Part shown: positions 12,553 to 25,535 of the stretch, one piece after another | How positions within the stretch are numbered: the first letter of the stretch is position 1 | How the letters are laid out: every line of letters begins with the position of its first letter | Assembly (NCBI RefSeq): GCF_963921235.1 | Contig: NC_086097.1 | Span: forward strand, 97,156,001 to 97,220,000 | DNA: 64,000 nt | Source of the DNA: Mobula hypostoma | Taxonomy: Eukaryota | Reading direction: 5' to 3' | Notes under the pieces: model-generated | The model's database searches: none | What the model was told of the DNA's origin: nothing | Seen by the model: only the letters and a program-made list of their open reading frames with translations | Translations under genes and position numbers: made by a program

Positions 12553-13679
12553 CTTAGAAAACAACAATTAGTGAACATCTGCACCGCATGCATGGTGAAA
12601 GCAATTCCACCGTTAACCGCAAGAGTACTTTCAAACGCCCGAGCCTTCGCATTGTGCCGCAGAAGTACTGTATGCACCAGTGTCTGGGTGTGTTTGATCC
12701 TCCTCAGCCTGAATCTAGAGGCGTTGAGTAATTTACTGAGCTGCAGAGCGGTTCAGTAGCTTGATGACCTGATCTCCCATGTAACACCGCACTATTCACT
12801 TGATTCCGGTCCGATCTCTCGTTGTATTGGTGTTTTCTAATTGACTTAAAATCATTTACTTTATTTATAAGTTTTAACGCATATATTGATGTTCTAATTG
12901 GTAAGTGTTCTGTTAAAGTTAATGCATTTCCAACTTCTCATGTCTGCGCAGCGTTTGAAATTAATGAAATACCTTTTGATAATGGGACCGCACTTTTTAC
13001 TAGCGTCCCTCGCCCCAGTTCATAGAGCTCCCGGTCTCGTGAGAAACTGCTGCAGCGATATCGGCTGTGCATTGAGAGCCACGCAACTGCAAAATATGAA
13101 TGTGGCTGCTACCTGATCTCAGGGACTTCTATTACAACGACAGGGCAAGTGGGCTTTTATTTGTGAAATGTGACTTCCGGAATCCTGATTCTAACATTCA
13201 GATACAAGAAATCGACTCAAGATCATTACATAGAGCAAAAAGAATTGTGTACTCGGAACTACTCGCAATTTATTCAGGAATTAAGATAGTCGTCCACTCA
13301 GATCAAATAAAAAGATTACTAAACGATTGGTGCGTGCACTGTTCTGTAGTCTGAAACCAGTTGATGCTATCTCGGCTGAACCACACGGTATAAATCTTTC
13401 TTAATGCATTGGTTTGATCAATTCTTCATAGAACATAGGACATAGAAAACCTACAGCATAATACATTCATGATCGGCATCATCTCTACGCCCATTAAGGA
13501 CAAAACTTCTGAAACTCTAGACTATTATTACAGGTACTGTACAAAAGTGCCAATGTCCCTCAATTCTTCCACGTAAGAGTAGATTTTTATAAGAGCATCA
13601 AAATTTCCTTTTCCAATTGAAACACTGTATATAAAATCAACTCCCATTGATGCATCTTGCCAAAATGTTTTTAAAAACA

Positions 13680-13997
13680 TTTTCCAGAACGAGGGGTCAC
13701 AGTTTGAGGATAAAGGGGAAGCCTTTTAGGACCGAGATTAGGAAAAACTTCTTCACACAGAGAGTGGTGAATCTGTGGAATTCTCTGCCACAGGAAACAA
13801 TTGAGGCCAGTTCATTGGCTATATTTAAGAGGGAGTTAGGTATAGCCCTTGTGGCTAAAGGGATCGGGGGTATGGAGAGAAGGCAGGTACAGGGTTCTGA
13901 CTTGGATGATCAGCCATGATCATACTGAATGGCGGTGCAGGCTCGAAGGGCCAAATGGCCTACTCCTGCATCTATTTTCTATGTTTCTATGTTTCTA
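13680..13997 (+). mobile_element. CR1 LINE 3' end
   Basis: SRTRGHSLRIKGKPFRTEIRKNFFTQRVVNLWNSLP, 3'UTR and (TTTCTATG)n tail. Confidence 0.92.
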
Positions 13998-15265
13998 AAA
14001 AGGTACAGTGCTGCCCTGACCTACACGTTTAATTAAGTTAGCGATGAACAAAAAGAGGCTTCAGGAAACATCTTGTGCGACACATGTTCAGTCTTTCACC
14101 TGGATGAAAGGGCTATCGCAAATTGTCCCCTACTATTAGGGTGATTATAATTAAAATCAAAACAATAACCTAGTAATTTCTAACCAGTAACAGACTTCCT
14201 TAACCACTGTGACGTTCGGCCCGGCCATCTGCGGTAGAATAACGTCCGAAACGTCACCGAGGAGCAAAGATATCATATACGGAGTGGCCAGTTCCACCAA
14301 ACAATCAGCATTAAGAACAGACTAGAAGATTAAATGTTGGATTGTTACTCATTTTTGAAATATTTTCCAGCAAGAAAAATAAATGTTCGGATGTGCAACT
14401 TGGATTAGTGTGGAAGCAGAAAACTTGAGACAAACTTCAGTAAAGAGCAAAAACAATTGTGTCGATATCATAAACTGGAAAGACAGTTGCCAGGGCAGCG
14501 AAGGTGAGTTGGCAGAGATAATGAATACACAATTGCAAAACTCAGTTAGATCTTATCTAACAATTTTTAATGTTTTCCTGCTTTTTACTGCGAGAATACC
14601 ACCCATACAGAGAGACAGAGTAACACGAAGAGAACAGTAACACGCAGACTGAACGTTTACATGCAAAATGTACATTCAGCAATCAGAAGTGAAGACTGAA
14701 GATCAGGACATCGAACAAACATTGAGTGGAACAGAATGTTGACGAGAAACGGTAAAATTCAGGGGTAAGTGCTTGTTGATTACAACTCTGGAGAAATTTG
14801 CCTTTGATCGACAGCACTCAACAGGCCCCAGTATAGATACCTCTTTGAAATATAAGACACTAATAAGAGTAGAAAGGCCTTCAGTCAATGAACGGAGGTG
14901 TACAGCAAGAACACAAAACAGCAGACAATATACATTTGGCTCCCGCCTGCAAAGGTGATAATTTTCCACGTGGAAAATGTTACCTGTGTATCGTGGAACC
15001 AAATTATTATAAACAATAATACCCCTTTGTTGTTACAAAACCAGAATTTTACACTAATATGGGATTAAATATGAATGGAAGAGTGATCTCCACAAACAAG
15101 GAAAGACAATTGATTATCAATAACTGTGAAGGCGAGCAAAAGCACGGAGAGAAGCAAACTAGAAAACGCCATTCGCCTAACATTTCCAAGAATTTGTAAA
15201 TCTTGGGAATCGCCTAAATAACAATTATCTTAAAATATCATTCTCCCTCTGACTACAAGGAAACA

Positions 15266-15660
15266 TTAGTTCGCATCAATTGGGAGCTTTTTGGTTACTT
15301 TGTAAATGCAATTTCCATTGTTTGAGCAAATTATTTCGCTGTTGAACTTCTTTGGTAAGATATCCTCATGAAAATGCACAGCCCCAACCCTAAGTTTCAT
15401 GTTAGAAGACAGGTAAATTATCGTATTTTCGTTGCAAAAATGCTGCAGTGTTTTTATCAGATTGGGAAACTGTGTTGGACTATATACGATATCGGAGCCA
15501 AGAATGATATCGAAATCTGATGGGTAGTTGTCCTGATCACTACCCCAAACCAAGGTACCGATGTTGGCCCTGTGTCTGGAGTGTGACGGGACGTTAGCAG
15601 AGACGTTGTGCTTGATTTGCTTCAAAACATCTGGTCTGTCCGTCAAAGTGACATCACCGC
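15266..15660 (-). CDS. EEF1AKMT3: EEF1AKMT3-like paralog B, coding exon 3
   Basis: Acceptor TTTTCTTCAG (AG at 15662-15661); G|GC GDVTLTDRP..LVWG..FDIILGSDIVY..TIIYLSS..FHEDILP; stop at 15268-15266. Confidence 0.93.
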
Positions 15661-16861
15661 CTGAAGAAAAGGTCAAATAACTGTTATTGTCAATCTACCC
15701 AGTTCTTTTAGCAACATACATCAAGAGAATATAAATATTAAGATTCTGCAGGGAAAAATATCCATTGGCCTATTCCATCCGGCGTGCACTTGATTCATAA
15801 ACTCAGACATGAAGAGGGCCAGGGTATGGCGCAAACGTCCTGAAGGGGATTCTGTGAATGAGTTCACCTATACTGTACACGCTTGCCGATTATACTCTTG
15901 CGAGTTAGTGAGGGGAATGATATAACACCCCTTAAAAACAGGGCACTCTTCGCCCTTCTTTACATACATTGGAAGCGAGGAAAATTTCGCAGTAAGACCA
16001 AGTGAAATTAGATCTTTCCAAAAGTAAGGCTGCATTTACAACTAGGACATTTCCCCAAACTTTCATTAGTTGCTTTATTCACTTCCCCACAAAGACGTCG
16101 CATTGGTATCAGAATTCTCACGTGCTTGATTTACACCAGTGGCTCTGTGCGAAACTTGCAAGGGGTGTTACGATATTCGAGTTCTTTGCTGGATGGCTCA
16201 AAACTCACCTAACAGAAAGTGGCCCTTCGATTTCAACGACCTAGTTACTGGCTATAGGCTTCAATAATAAAAATCTCTAAGTGGCTTGCTGAACTGCAGA
16301 AGGTACGAGTTGTCCGTATGCCTCAATTGTACGTTTGTGGCTTCTCGATGATGTACAAAGCACAACCCCTCGCCCTTTTCTCTGGCACGCTGTAATTGAA
16401 ATAAACGCTTCAGTCCTCCTTAGGATGATCAATATCGGGTTATAGGGAAAAGTACCTCGAAAACAGCGGGAAAGCATTGAGATTCATAATCTCGTTTATC
16501 GGTAAGTCTCCTTCAAGATTTGGCGTCAGATTTTCTTTGTTAAACATGCAATGAGCGATCAGCTTGGGAGGGTTTTACAGAGTGCACCACATTGATCAAC
16601 AGATTATTCGTTCATGGTTTGTTTAGGAAAGAACAATTGACGCCTCCTTTAAAAAAAATGTAAGTTTTGTAAGTAAATATTGTTATATTCGCTAGTTACA
16701 GCAAATTACAGCATATAAAAGCACAGAACGTATATTTGCAAATTTTATGAATGAAGTATATTCTTGGAGAAATACAGTTCTGCCAACATGTTAATGACGG
16801 GGTCAAAATTATAAATAAACACTACAGTTGTGCTTTAGGCGCCGAGTCTAATAGCTGAATT

Positions 16862-17112
16862 TTGGGCGACAGCGTGGCGTAGTGGTTAGCACATGCTTTA
16901 CAGTATCGGGGAACAAAGTTCATTTTCCACCGCCGTTCTCCCCGTGACAGCGTTGGTTTCCTCCGGGTGCTCCGGTTTCCTCACACAGTCCAAAGACACA
17001 CCAGTTGGTAGGTTAATTGGTCTTTGTAAATTGTCCTGTGATTAGGCTCGAATTAAATCGGGGAATTACTGGCCGGAAGAGCGTATTCTGTGCTGTATCT
17101 CAATAAATAAAT
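16862..17112 (+). mobile_element. V-SINE/HE1-type tRNA-derived SINE
   Basis: A-box-like GTGGCGTAGTGG; V-core GGTTTCCTCCGGGTGCTCCGGTTTCCTCACACAGTCCAAAGAC; (AATA)n tail. Confidence 0.8.
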
Positions 17113-17511
17113 TAATGAGCAATAAATACTACCAGCACAATCAATAATTATAATGATTTACAATGTGTATAGTTATTGTAGATTTAAGTGCAATAAATAA
17201 TTAACCTATGCAACATTATGTTGTATATTAATTGTGGCAATAATGGCGAGAGGCAGTAATTATAGATTTCAGCGTTATTAATACTAAAGAAAGATCTAAC
17301 TGAATTGTAGCTTTTGAGATAACCACCGTGGATTATAATTACCGTTTTACGAGCTTTAAATGATAATGCAGCACTTAGATACTTTGAATAGATTTGAAGC
17401 TGGATGAAGCAATTGTGTGATGGGGCAGTACTGTACTAGAACGTTATCACAGACGTAGGAAATGTGCAGTTGGGATAAATATTTCAGTTTGAGTATGACC
17501 CTAAAAATTAA

Positions 17512-17706
17512 CTTGTTGTTGAGCGCCGTCGACTCATGGCGACCCTGTGGATAGTGTAATTATCCATACGGTTTTCGTGGGAAAATACGGCAGTCCCTCC
17601 TTCCGCGCAGATTTAGCTGCTGCCCAGGTTGGGACCGGGCCGGATTCGAACTCAGGACTATCAACCTGGAGTCCAATACTGATGCCACTACACCACCGGC
17701 TGGCCT
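17512..17706 (-). mobile_element. tRNA-head SINE with RTE-like 3' tail
   Basis: Minus strand GGTGGTGTAGTGG (A box) and GAGTTCGAATCC (B box); end GAGTCGACGGCGCTCAACAACAA. Confidence 0.65.
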
Positions 17707-17879
17707 GTATTAACTTAAAATGTGCATTAAGAATGTCCCCTATCGTGAGATTTGCTCTGATCTGCAATTATAGAGGCGGCTAAAATCAATATTAAATGTA
17801 AGAAACATTGGTCCTCCCGCAAATGTGCTTTAAAGTACTTAAAACCTGTAATATTACGTAGGAGGGTGAATTAACCTAC

Positions 17880-17991
17880 CAAGGAGTACTGCCAAAATCC
17901 CCACAATTCCCGTGCCGGATCCGAGTTCAAGTATCTTCTTCCCGACAAAATTCATCTCCGTGTTTTGAAAGTGTTGACAAAGTTCAATGCC
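17880..17991 (-). CDS. EEF1AKMT3: EEF1AKMT3-like paralog B, coding exon 2 (SAM-binding motif I)
   Basis: Acceptor CTCTTCCTAG; 112 nt encoding [37 protein letters not shown]+G; donor GTAGGT (phase 1). Confidence 0.93.
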
Positions 17992-18648
17992 CTAGGAAGA
18001 GGAACGGGGCTCTGTTAATGGCGGGCAATCCACAGATTACGCCCGTTCCTGTGACATTGTAGGCACAGCAGTGACAGCTAGTTGGTGGAGGTTTAAGTGA
18101 AAGGCGCCTGTGGTTAGATCTGAGTGCTTTTGTTCACGACCCAAAACTCTGCGATCTCAAGGGGAAATGACAGTCTTCGGAAAACCATGACATATTGTAT
18201 TGCCTTAACAGTGTGGATGTTTTTTGAGTAAATGAGTTTGTAATTTTTAAAAAATTGAAAAATCCGTTTTTTAAAAGCTTCATTGTCACACAGGATCTAA
18301 TGGCAGTAATATCAAACAGAGGCAAAATGTAGTGCAAGTGGGATACTTTTACTCTTACTCTTCTTCGGAAGGAAACCAAACAGAATGGTATCACTTTGCT
18401 GACTAAATATTGATCCTTCTTATCGATCGATTCCCCCCTACAGATTAAAATCGACGTTGTTAGTTTTATACTCTACGACAAAGGTGGCTTTTTTTTAACT
18501 CTCAGAATGTAGCCCGAAAAGTTTGGCATCTGTTCATAGAGGCTGTTTTGCATTAGGGTCTCAGTGTTTGTCTTCGCCGGGTTGTAAATCATCTTGCTGT
18601 AGATAGCGTCACATTAGTTCAGGCTGTGCAAAAGTGACAAATCCCGTT

Positions 18649-18823
18649 CACACACAAAATGCTGGTGGAACTCCACATGCCAGGCAGCATCAATGGAAAT
18701 GAACAAACAAATAGTCGACCTTTCGGGCCGAAACCCAAGGGATGCTGCCTGACCTGCTGAGTTCCTTCGGCATTTTGCGTGGGTTGTTCTGGTTTTCCAG
18801 CATTGGCAGAATCTCTTGTGTTT
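18649..18823. mobile_element. Older miniature palindromic PLE end derivative
   Basis: CACACAAAATGCTGGTGGAACTC..GGCAGCATC / GATGCTGCC..GAGTTCCTTCGGCATTTTGCGTG arms with a GTCGACCTTTCGGGCCGAAACCC remnant. Confidence 0.7.
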
Positions 18824-19636
18824 TTGAAAAGCCATTCCCTTTAATTTCGCAATTTTCTAAATGAAGAATTAATATACTTTGGCTATCTTGTTGTGCCCAT
18901 GATAAAACAATTGCTCTGGTTTTTGAAATATGTTTAGTGTACGGCTTCGGGTCTCTTTATCTGGAGCCTCGCACTACCGCTAAAATATTGAAACTCAGAC
19001 TGAACCTCAACTGTAGTCTCAGTACCTCAGCCACTGGCATATGTAGGAGCTATGAGGCATTCATGGGCGGTGTGACAAAGAGTGCTCCATAATAAAGAAG
19101 GAGGTGGGGAAGATGAAGATCTGGGAAGGCTGAGATGATGGAGTCGCAGTGAAAAGACCACAGAACGCAGGTAACTCAAAACACGTCCTCTAAGTGGGGA
19201 AGTGATCAAACAAAAATGGGGGCACCTGGCCAAAATGAACGACCGAAGAGAGCTTAGGGATATTGTGGCAAATAAAAGAGATAAGCAGGATGCTGGCACT
19301 ACGGGGATTGAAGGCAAAGCCAGACATAATCATTGTAAAGATAATTACGAACGAGATTTTCTTTGCATTAGTGAATTGATATAATTATGCCTGATAGCCC
19401 TCTTGAAAGATCGCTAGGAAACTATCCAGGCGGTATTTATAATGTTCATTACTAGAAGATAGCTCAGATGCGATTAAAGTTATAGATAATTGAAAATCTA
19501 GACCATTATAGCTATTATGCCCATGAGACCTATTTTGTCTAACTTAATGGCGTAACATCGCCTTGAAATGTGGTCTACTGCGCATTGAAATAAAAGCGGC
19601 CTTTCGCTCCTCTGAATGCGCACTACTGCAGTGACA

Positions 19637-20562
19637 CGAGGAATTCTGCAGATGCTGGAAATTCAAGCAACACACATCAAAGTTGCTGGTGAACGCAGCA
19701 GGCCAGGCAGCGTCTCTAGGAAGAGGTACAGTCAACGTTTCTGGCCGAGACCTTTCGTCAGGACTAACTGAAAGAAGTGCTAGTAAGAGATTTGAAAGAG
19801 GGAGGGAGAGGGGGAGATCCAAAATGATAGGAGAAGACAGGAGGGGGAGGGATGGAGCCAAGAGCTGGACAGGTGATTGGCAAAAGGGATTTTAGAGGAT
19901 CATGAGACAGGAAGCCCAGGGAGGGGGAACCCAGAGGATGGGCAAGGGGTATAGTCAGAGGGACAGAGGGAGAAAAGGGAAGGAGAGAAAAAGAATGTGT
20001 GTATATAAATAAATAAATAGACATATCAGAATGGGAATGGGACGTCTACCCACGGCCTTCTCTACTGTAAAGATGAAGCCACACTCATGTTGGAGGAACA
20101 ACACCTTATATTCCGTCTGGGTAGCCTCCAACCTGATGGCATGAACATTGACTTCTCAAACTTCCGCTAATGCCCCACCTCCCCCTCGTACCCCATCTGT
20201 TATTTATTTATATACACACATTCTTTTTCTCTCTCTCCTTTTTCTCCCTCTGTCCCTCTCACTATACCCCTTGCCCATCCTCTGGGTTTTCCCCCCCCCT
20301 TTCCTTCTCCCTAGGCCTCCTGTCCCATGATCCTCTCATATCCCTTTTGCCAATCACCTGTCCAGCTCTTGGCTCCATCCCTCCCCCTCCTGTCTTCTCC
20401 TATCATTTTGGATCTCCCCCTCCCCCTCCAGCTTTCAAATCCCTTACTCACTCTTCCTTCAGTTAGTCCTGACGAAGGGTCTCGGCCTGAAACATCGACT
20501 GTACCTCTTCCTAGAGATGCTGCCTGGCCTGCTGCGTTCACCAGCAACTTTGATGTGTGTTG
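19637..20562. mobile_element. 926-bp inverted (palindromic) Penelope-like insertion in intron 1 of paralog B
   Basis: Left arm minus, right arm plus (LEEQHLIFRLGSLQPDGMNIDF at ~20090-20160); junction ~20046; perfect TSD ACTGCAGTGACA at 19625-19636 and 20563-20574. Confidence 0.9.
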
Positions 20563-20652
20563 ACTGCAGTGACAAATTGCAAAGGCGTTTAATATATCGG
20601 CGGTATCGTTTAATCCTCGGCTGCTAAATTTGCAATGAGCTACTCCACTTAC

Positions 20653-20778
20653 TGGTTCCCAGACATAGGCAGAAACGCCCAAAAAAGAATTCTTAAACAT
20701 TGACATTTTTAAAGTGTATCCACAAAATTCATATATTTTTTCTTGCCGCCAGGGTTTTCTGTCATCGATGTCGCTCAT
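20653..20778 (-). CDS. EEF1AKMT3: EEF1AKMT3-like paralog B, coding exon 1 (spliced product 210 aa)
   Basis: MSDIDDRKPWRQEKIYEFCGYTLKMSMFKNSFLGVSAYVWEP, then GTAAGT donor at 20652; a possible upstream acceptor TTGGCAG at ~20800 leaves the N-terminus uncertain. Confidence 0.9.
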
Positions 20779-21447
20779 CCTCGCTGGTTTTGAACAGGCC
20801 TGCCAAACAAGTAGACTCTATCAGCCAGTCCCAAGCACGCTACTTCTCCGGGATTTGATCTGGGATAAACGAAGAACGTTAAAGGTTTCATCTAAAAGTC
20901 TAAATATCGCAGAAACACCATAGTGGGAGAGTAACCAGAGTTACCTTCAGAATATATACTGCAATCAATTGGAACACTTCGCTAAATTCAGCACAAATCC
21001 AGTATTGAATTCTAACGTGGCTTAACAGTTATGCTACTAGAGATACGAACTACTACGTATACAAACTATTATCTATAAAACGATTTTTATTAATAAACTT
21101 ATGTTAGCCGCAGAGCCCGATAGGAATCGCTCTACAGGAAAATGGTGTTGAGGTAAAACGTAAGCCATGATCTTATTCAACGGTTTAAGACACGAGAAAG
21201 TCAATAACATGATTTCGTGTTTCATCTATTACCTTCTTATGCAAGGTAAACACTCAAAAAAGTTCAAGTAACCACAGACTGCGGAGAACGTTCTCCGGCC
21301 TTGGCATCAGCATTACCTTTTGACCTATTAGCTGCGGGATTTTCTTTTTTGATTTTGTCTGTCTTCAGAAGCACAGGATTATTCTAATATGAAGCTCAGC
21401 ACTGGTGGCATTCCGCCGAGACTCAGGAGTTACACTGCATTTAGATG

Positions 21448-21775
21448 GTCGGGCGGTACAGTGGTGAGGCCTGTAAAGCTGCTGTATTCGCAGCTCCTGT
21501 GGCCTGGTTTCAACATTGCGCCTAGAGCCGTCGGCGTGGAGCTTGTTTTTCTTCCTACGAACACGTGAGTTTCCTCGTACGTCCCAAGGGATTCGGCTGG
21601 TAGGTGTATTGGCCTATGTAAATTGTCTCGAGTGTGTAGCGAAATGGCAGAATCTGGGGAGGTATTCATAGCACATGGGGTGAATGAAATGGTTTACGGT
21701 ATAATTAGTGCAAGAATGCGTTGCTGGGGACTCGATGGTCTGTTCCATGTCATGTCGTTATGACTCCGTAACTCT
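21448..21775 (+). mobile_element. Degenerate V-SINE/HE1-type SINE
   Basis: GGGCGGTACAGTGG head, degenerate V core, CR1-like tail. Confidence 0.55.
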
Positions 21776-24700
21776 AACCCTTTAATAATAACCATCAGAT
21801 CTTCCTCAACCTGATTCAGTTACCGCCCAAATTATACAACTCAAATGGGTTCCCAATCAAAAATCAGGTGTGCTTTGGAATTTCTCCCTATTTATCAGAA
21901 TGCATTATTATTAATAACTCCGTAATATTTTACTTTCTTATTTTATGGAGACTATGACGGATCAGAAATCCCAAAGTCTCTCTCTCTGAAGAAATTTGGC
22001 AACATTCAGACATATCAGCAAAAACAAATATATCGCAGCTAAAGCGAATTCAATACCGGCAAAAGTGTAAAACTCACATTAATCAGCGTCACTGTCTCTA
22101 CAACGATCTTCAATTGTCCTTGCTTCACTTTCAGTGAAGGAGCATACGGTGAAAGTGCTCAGGGCTTTAAGCCGCCAAAATCTCGCAAGAGTTAAAGTTG
22201 ACCGGCCTTGATCTTATCACTGTCAAGGAGAGAAGAGACACATGAAACAGAATCCATGAAACATCAGTTCTACGAGCCTTTTCTGTGAGATCAGGGCAGA
22301 CTTTAATGAAAAGTATCCCAATAAATAACCCAATTATTGACCCAGTGAGTTTGGATCTCTGCAAAAAAAAAAGACGCCTTTTAATTCTCGGTCTTCAGCT
22401 GCATTGTCCGCACGCACTGGACATCCGTTGCCTGTATTAAAAATTAAAAATGAAAATATATTGATTGTAAGACTTCCGTCAGCTTGCAGTCTTTCGCCTC
22501 CCTATCTTCAAATACTCCACACTTAAGTAACTTTAATATTTTAGGATGTGCTGACTGCCGTTTCTATTATATATGAGGGGAGTACATGCTGAGTAGTGTT
22601 ATTACAGTAGGATGTCACACTGAATTGAGGTTAATATTGAAGTAGAGTTTAGGAAAACGGAGAACGTAGTGACTTCTTTGGCACCATGTTTTCGTGGCAA
22701 AAGTACGCATTGTAGATGCAAACAGCAAGCAACATCTTTGCGTGAAACTTATAAACGAACGTGATGCCCAACGTAACCAATTAAGATAGAAAGTCAGAAA
22801 CTAGCAGGAGGTATTTCTTTAATCAGGAAGAATGATGAATTTTCTTGATACTGGTAGGTGAACTTGGACCACACCATCATCGACAGGTTCGCTTCATCGC
22901 AAGGGCTGCGCGAAGCTCCGAGGCGAAGATATCGTAAATCTACAAAACAAAAAGAAATTAATAGAATTCCACTGAATATTGTCCTCCTCGTCAACAAATG
23001 AAATGATAGCAACGTAATTTCAACGTCTGAAACTTTCTTGTCAAAAATCTAGAAGGTTGGACCTAGAAACTGGTAAATTTGTAAATTAGTTTATTATTGT
23101 CACGTGTACGGAGGTGCAGTGAAAATCTGTTTTGTATGCCATCCATCCAGACTATTTTATTACATCAGAACAGTGAGGTCGCCCAAGGGAAAATAACGAC
23201 AGAATGCAGAATGAATTGTTGTAGAATGAAAGTGCAGTGCAGGCAGAAATTGTGGTGCAAGGCCATGACGAGGTAGATTGTGAGGACAGGAGTCTTATCT
23301 TATTGTATGGGGGGGGGAGGGGTGCGCGTTCAATAGCCTTTTCAGTGCTGGATGGTAACCGCCTGGTGATACGTGCGTTCAGGCTTTGCGTTCCCCATAT
23401 CAGTCATTTAATTTTCAATCTGGGTTTCAAGGTAAGCAAGAAGATTAAATTTATGATCTGTTGTGTTGGTTGATGTTTACGAGAAATAACAATAGAAATC
23501 ACTGTCACGTTGATTGCATCCCTCCTTGCTTGTGCCGCCCATCATTTGTGGGGGAGACAAAGACATTCTTTCACGTTAAGATCACTAAGTACTGCTTTCT
23601 GCAACAAACATTTTCTGTTTCTAGGACAAGTTGTTCAGGATTTTACGTTTGGACACCGAGGTTATCTCCCACACCCTCATGTCGTGTATTTTCGTTCGAA
23701 TTACGCATGTGTAATGAACACTGTCTGTAAAGTTCTTGGCCCTGATACGAACTGTTCGAGCACTAAGATCTGATACTAGTGAAAGCACGAACGTATCAAG
23801 TGCGTTAAGCAACAGTCTCCTGCCCAAATAGAGTCAGTGTCTGGGTTCTGGATGCCGGCGAGAATCCCCGCCAGACTTCTACGCGGTCAACAAAAGGTGC
23901 TGCTCTTCTGCTTAAACGAAGTTCAAATGCTTGCAAGATTCAAAGATTCAAAAAACTTTATTGTTATTCTAACCGTACATCAGCTCTGCAGGGCAGAATG
24001 AGACAGCGTTTCCCAGGAGCAGTGCAGATCCTGCTATACATTAAGAACTGAAGATATTGCAGGTCTACACCATCAGCGAGCTGCTCACTAGCGGAGATAA
24101 TGAAGGAGCTGCGTAACGTGCTGCTGCCTGAGGCAATGGGGGGTCACAGTCAAATGGCGAACGCCCGTTATGATTACTTTTCTTGTGATCACAAGACCCC
24201 TTTGAACATTGTAAATCTGGTACGCCGCAAGTTCGATTCGCTGATTTATTGGATGAGATCAGGGGCAGATGGAGGGGGCGTAGTCCTCAGTCGTAGCGAG
24301 GACTAGGCCTGAAGCCTCGGTGCCGCCTGTTTGCAGCGCCCGGAGTGAGGGGACAAAACCGTTGCGCTTCACCGGAGGCGGTGTGGCGAGGTGTCGCTGC
24401 CATCCCGGGGTTTCGTACGGCAGAAGACAAGCGCTGTTGTGGCTGACTTTGTTTTGCCAGCACCCAATGGACTTGGGGTCTCAAGCTGTGAGATCGCGTG
24501 CTTTTCCGCCGCCGTTGGAAGAGAGGTGTCCGAGCCGGAGCGCTCTACCGGCGGCAGCGTAGCAACTGGAGATTTAAAATTGACTATATACATATATATT
24601 TATGTGTTTGTGATTTATTAATATTCCATATCTGCTTGTAAATGCGAGAACTGGGCCTCAAGGCCGCGGATTCGCCTAACGGGATTAGGGTGTCGGGTCG

Positions 24701-25229
24701 ACGACTGGGCCTCAAAGCAGCGGGGTCTCCTATTGGGTGTCGAGGGCCGGTCAACGGATGATATCAGTGGTTTGGGCGGGGGGGGGTGGAGTGTCGGAAA
24801 TATATATATACGCATATTCTGTGTCGTTGGATTTTTACTGATATTCCATATGGTTTTGTTGACTTGTATGTGCGAGGACCGGCGACAAGCCGTGGGATGG
24901 GGGTGGGGTGTGGGGCATGGGGCGTGGACGCCGGGTCCCGGGACTCCTATTACGTGATTGTGACCTTATGTTTGCTTACTGTGTGTGACTGCTGGTAATG
25001 TCTCTTTGCACCTTGACCCCATAGTAACGCTGTCTCGTTTGGCTGTATTCAAGTATAGTTCAATGACAATTAACTTTGAATTTATTTTAATTCCCTGCCA
25101 AAACAGACGAAGGGGAGACATCCAGCTCCTCATTTCCTTCATCCAGGCATCATCTGCTCAAAGTTGTCAGAAAAGTAACCGTCCAGAATTTCCTTCTCTT
25201 CGGAGAGAGATCAGGTCCCGCAGTCCCTC

Positions 25230-25535
25230 CTAGAATGACACGGTAGCTGGCGGCAGCGCCAGTGGTGGGGCGGGGAATGTGGTGTGACTATTCGAGCCTC
25301 TGTCTGTAAGAAGTTTTACATTCTCGCTGTGTGCACGTGTGTTTCCTCCGGATGCTCCGGTTTCCTCCCACACCCCAAAGAGGCACGGGTTAGCCAGCGT
25401 TTGTAAGCTGTGGTCATGTTATGTTGGTACCGGAAGCAGGACGACACGTGCGAGCTGCCTCGGCACTTCGTCGGACTATACTGGTCATATGTTTCAACGT
25501 GCGTGAGACAAATAAATCTAACCATTAATCTCTAA
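25230..25535 (+). mobile_element. V-SINE-core SINE
   Basis: GTTTCCTCCGGATGCTCCGGTTTCCTCCCACACCCCAAAG core; AATAAATCTAA tail. Confidence 0.65.

Noticed and set aside
17635..17706. tRNA gene
   Set aside because: Has A/B boxes but no convincing cloverleaf and continues into a SINE body
24895..24930. G-quadruplex motif as a regulatory element
   Set aside because: Sits inside what appears to be an interspersed repeat; no functional context
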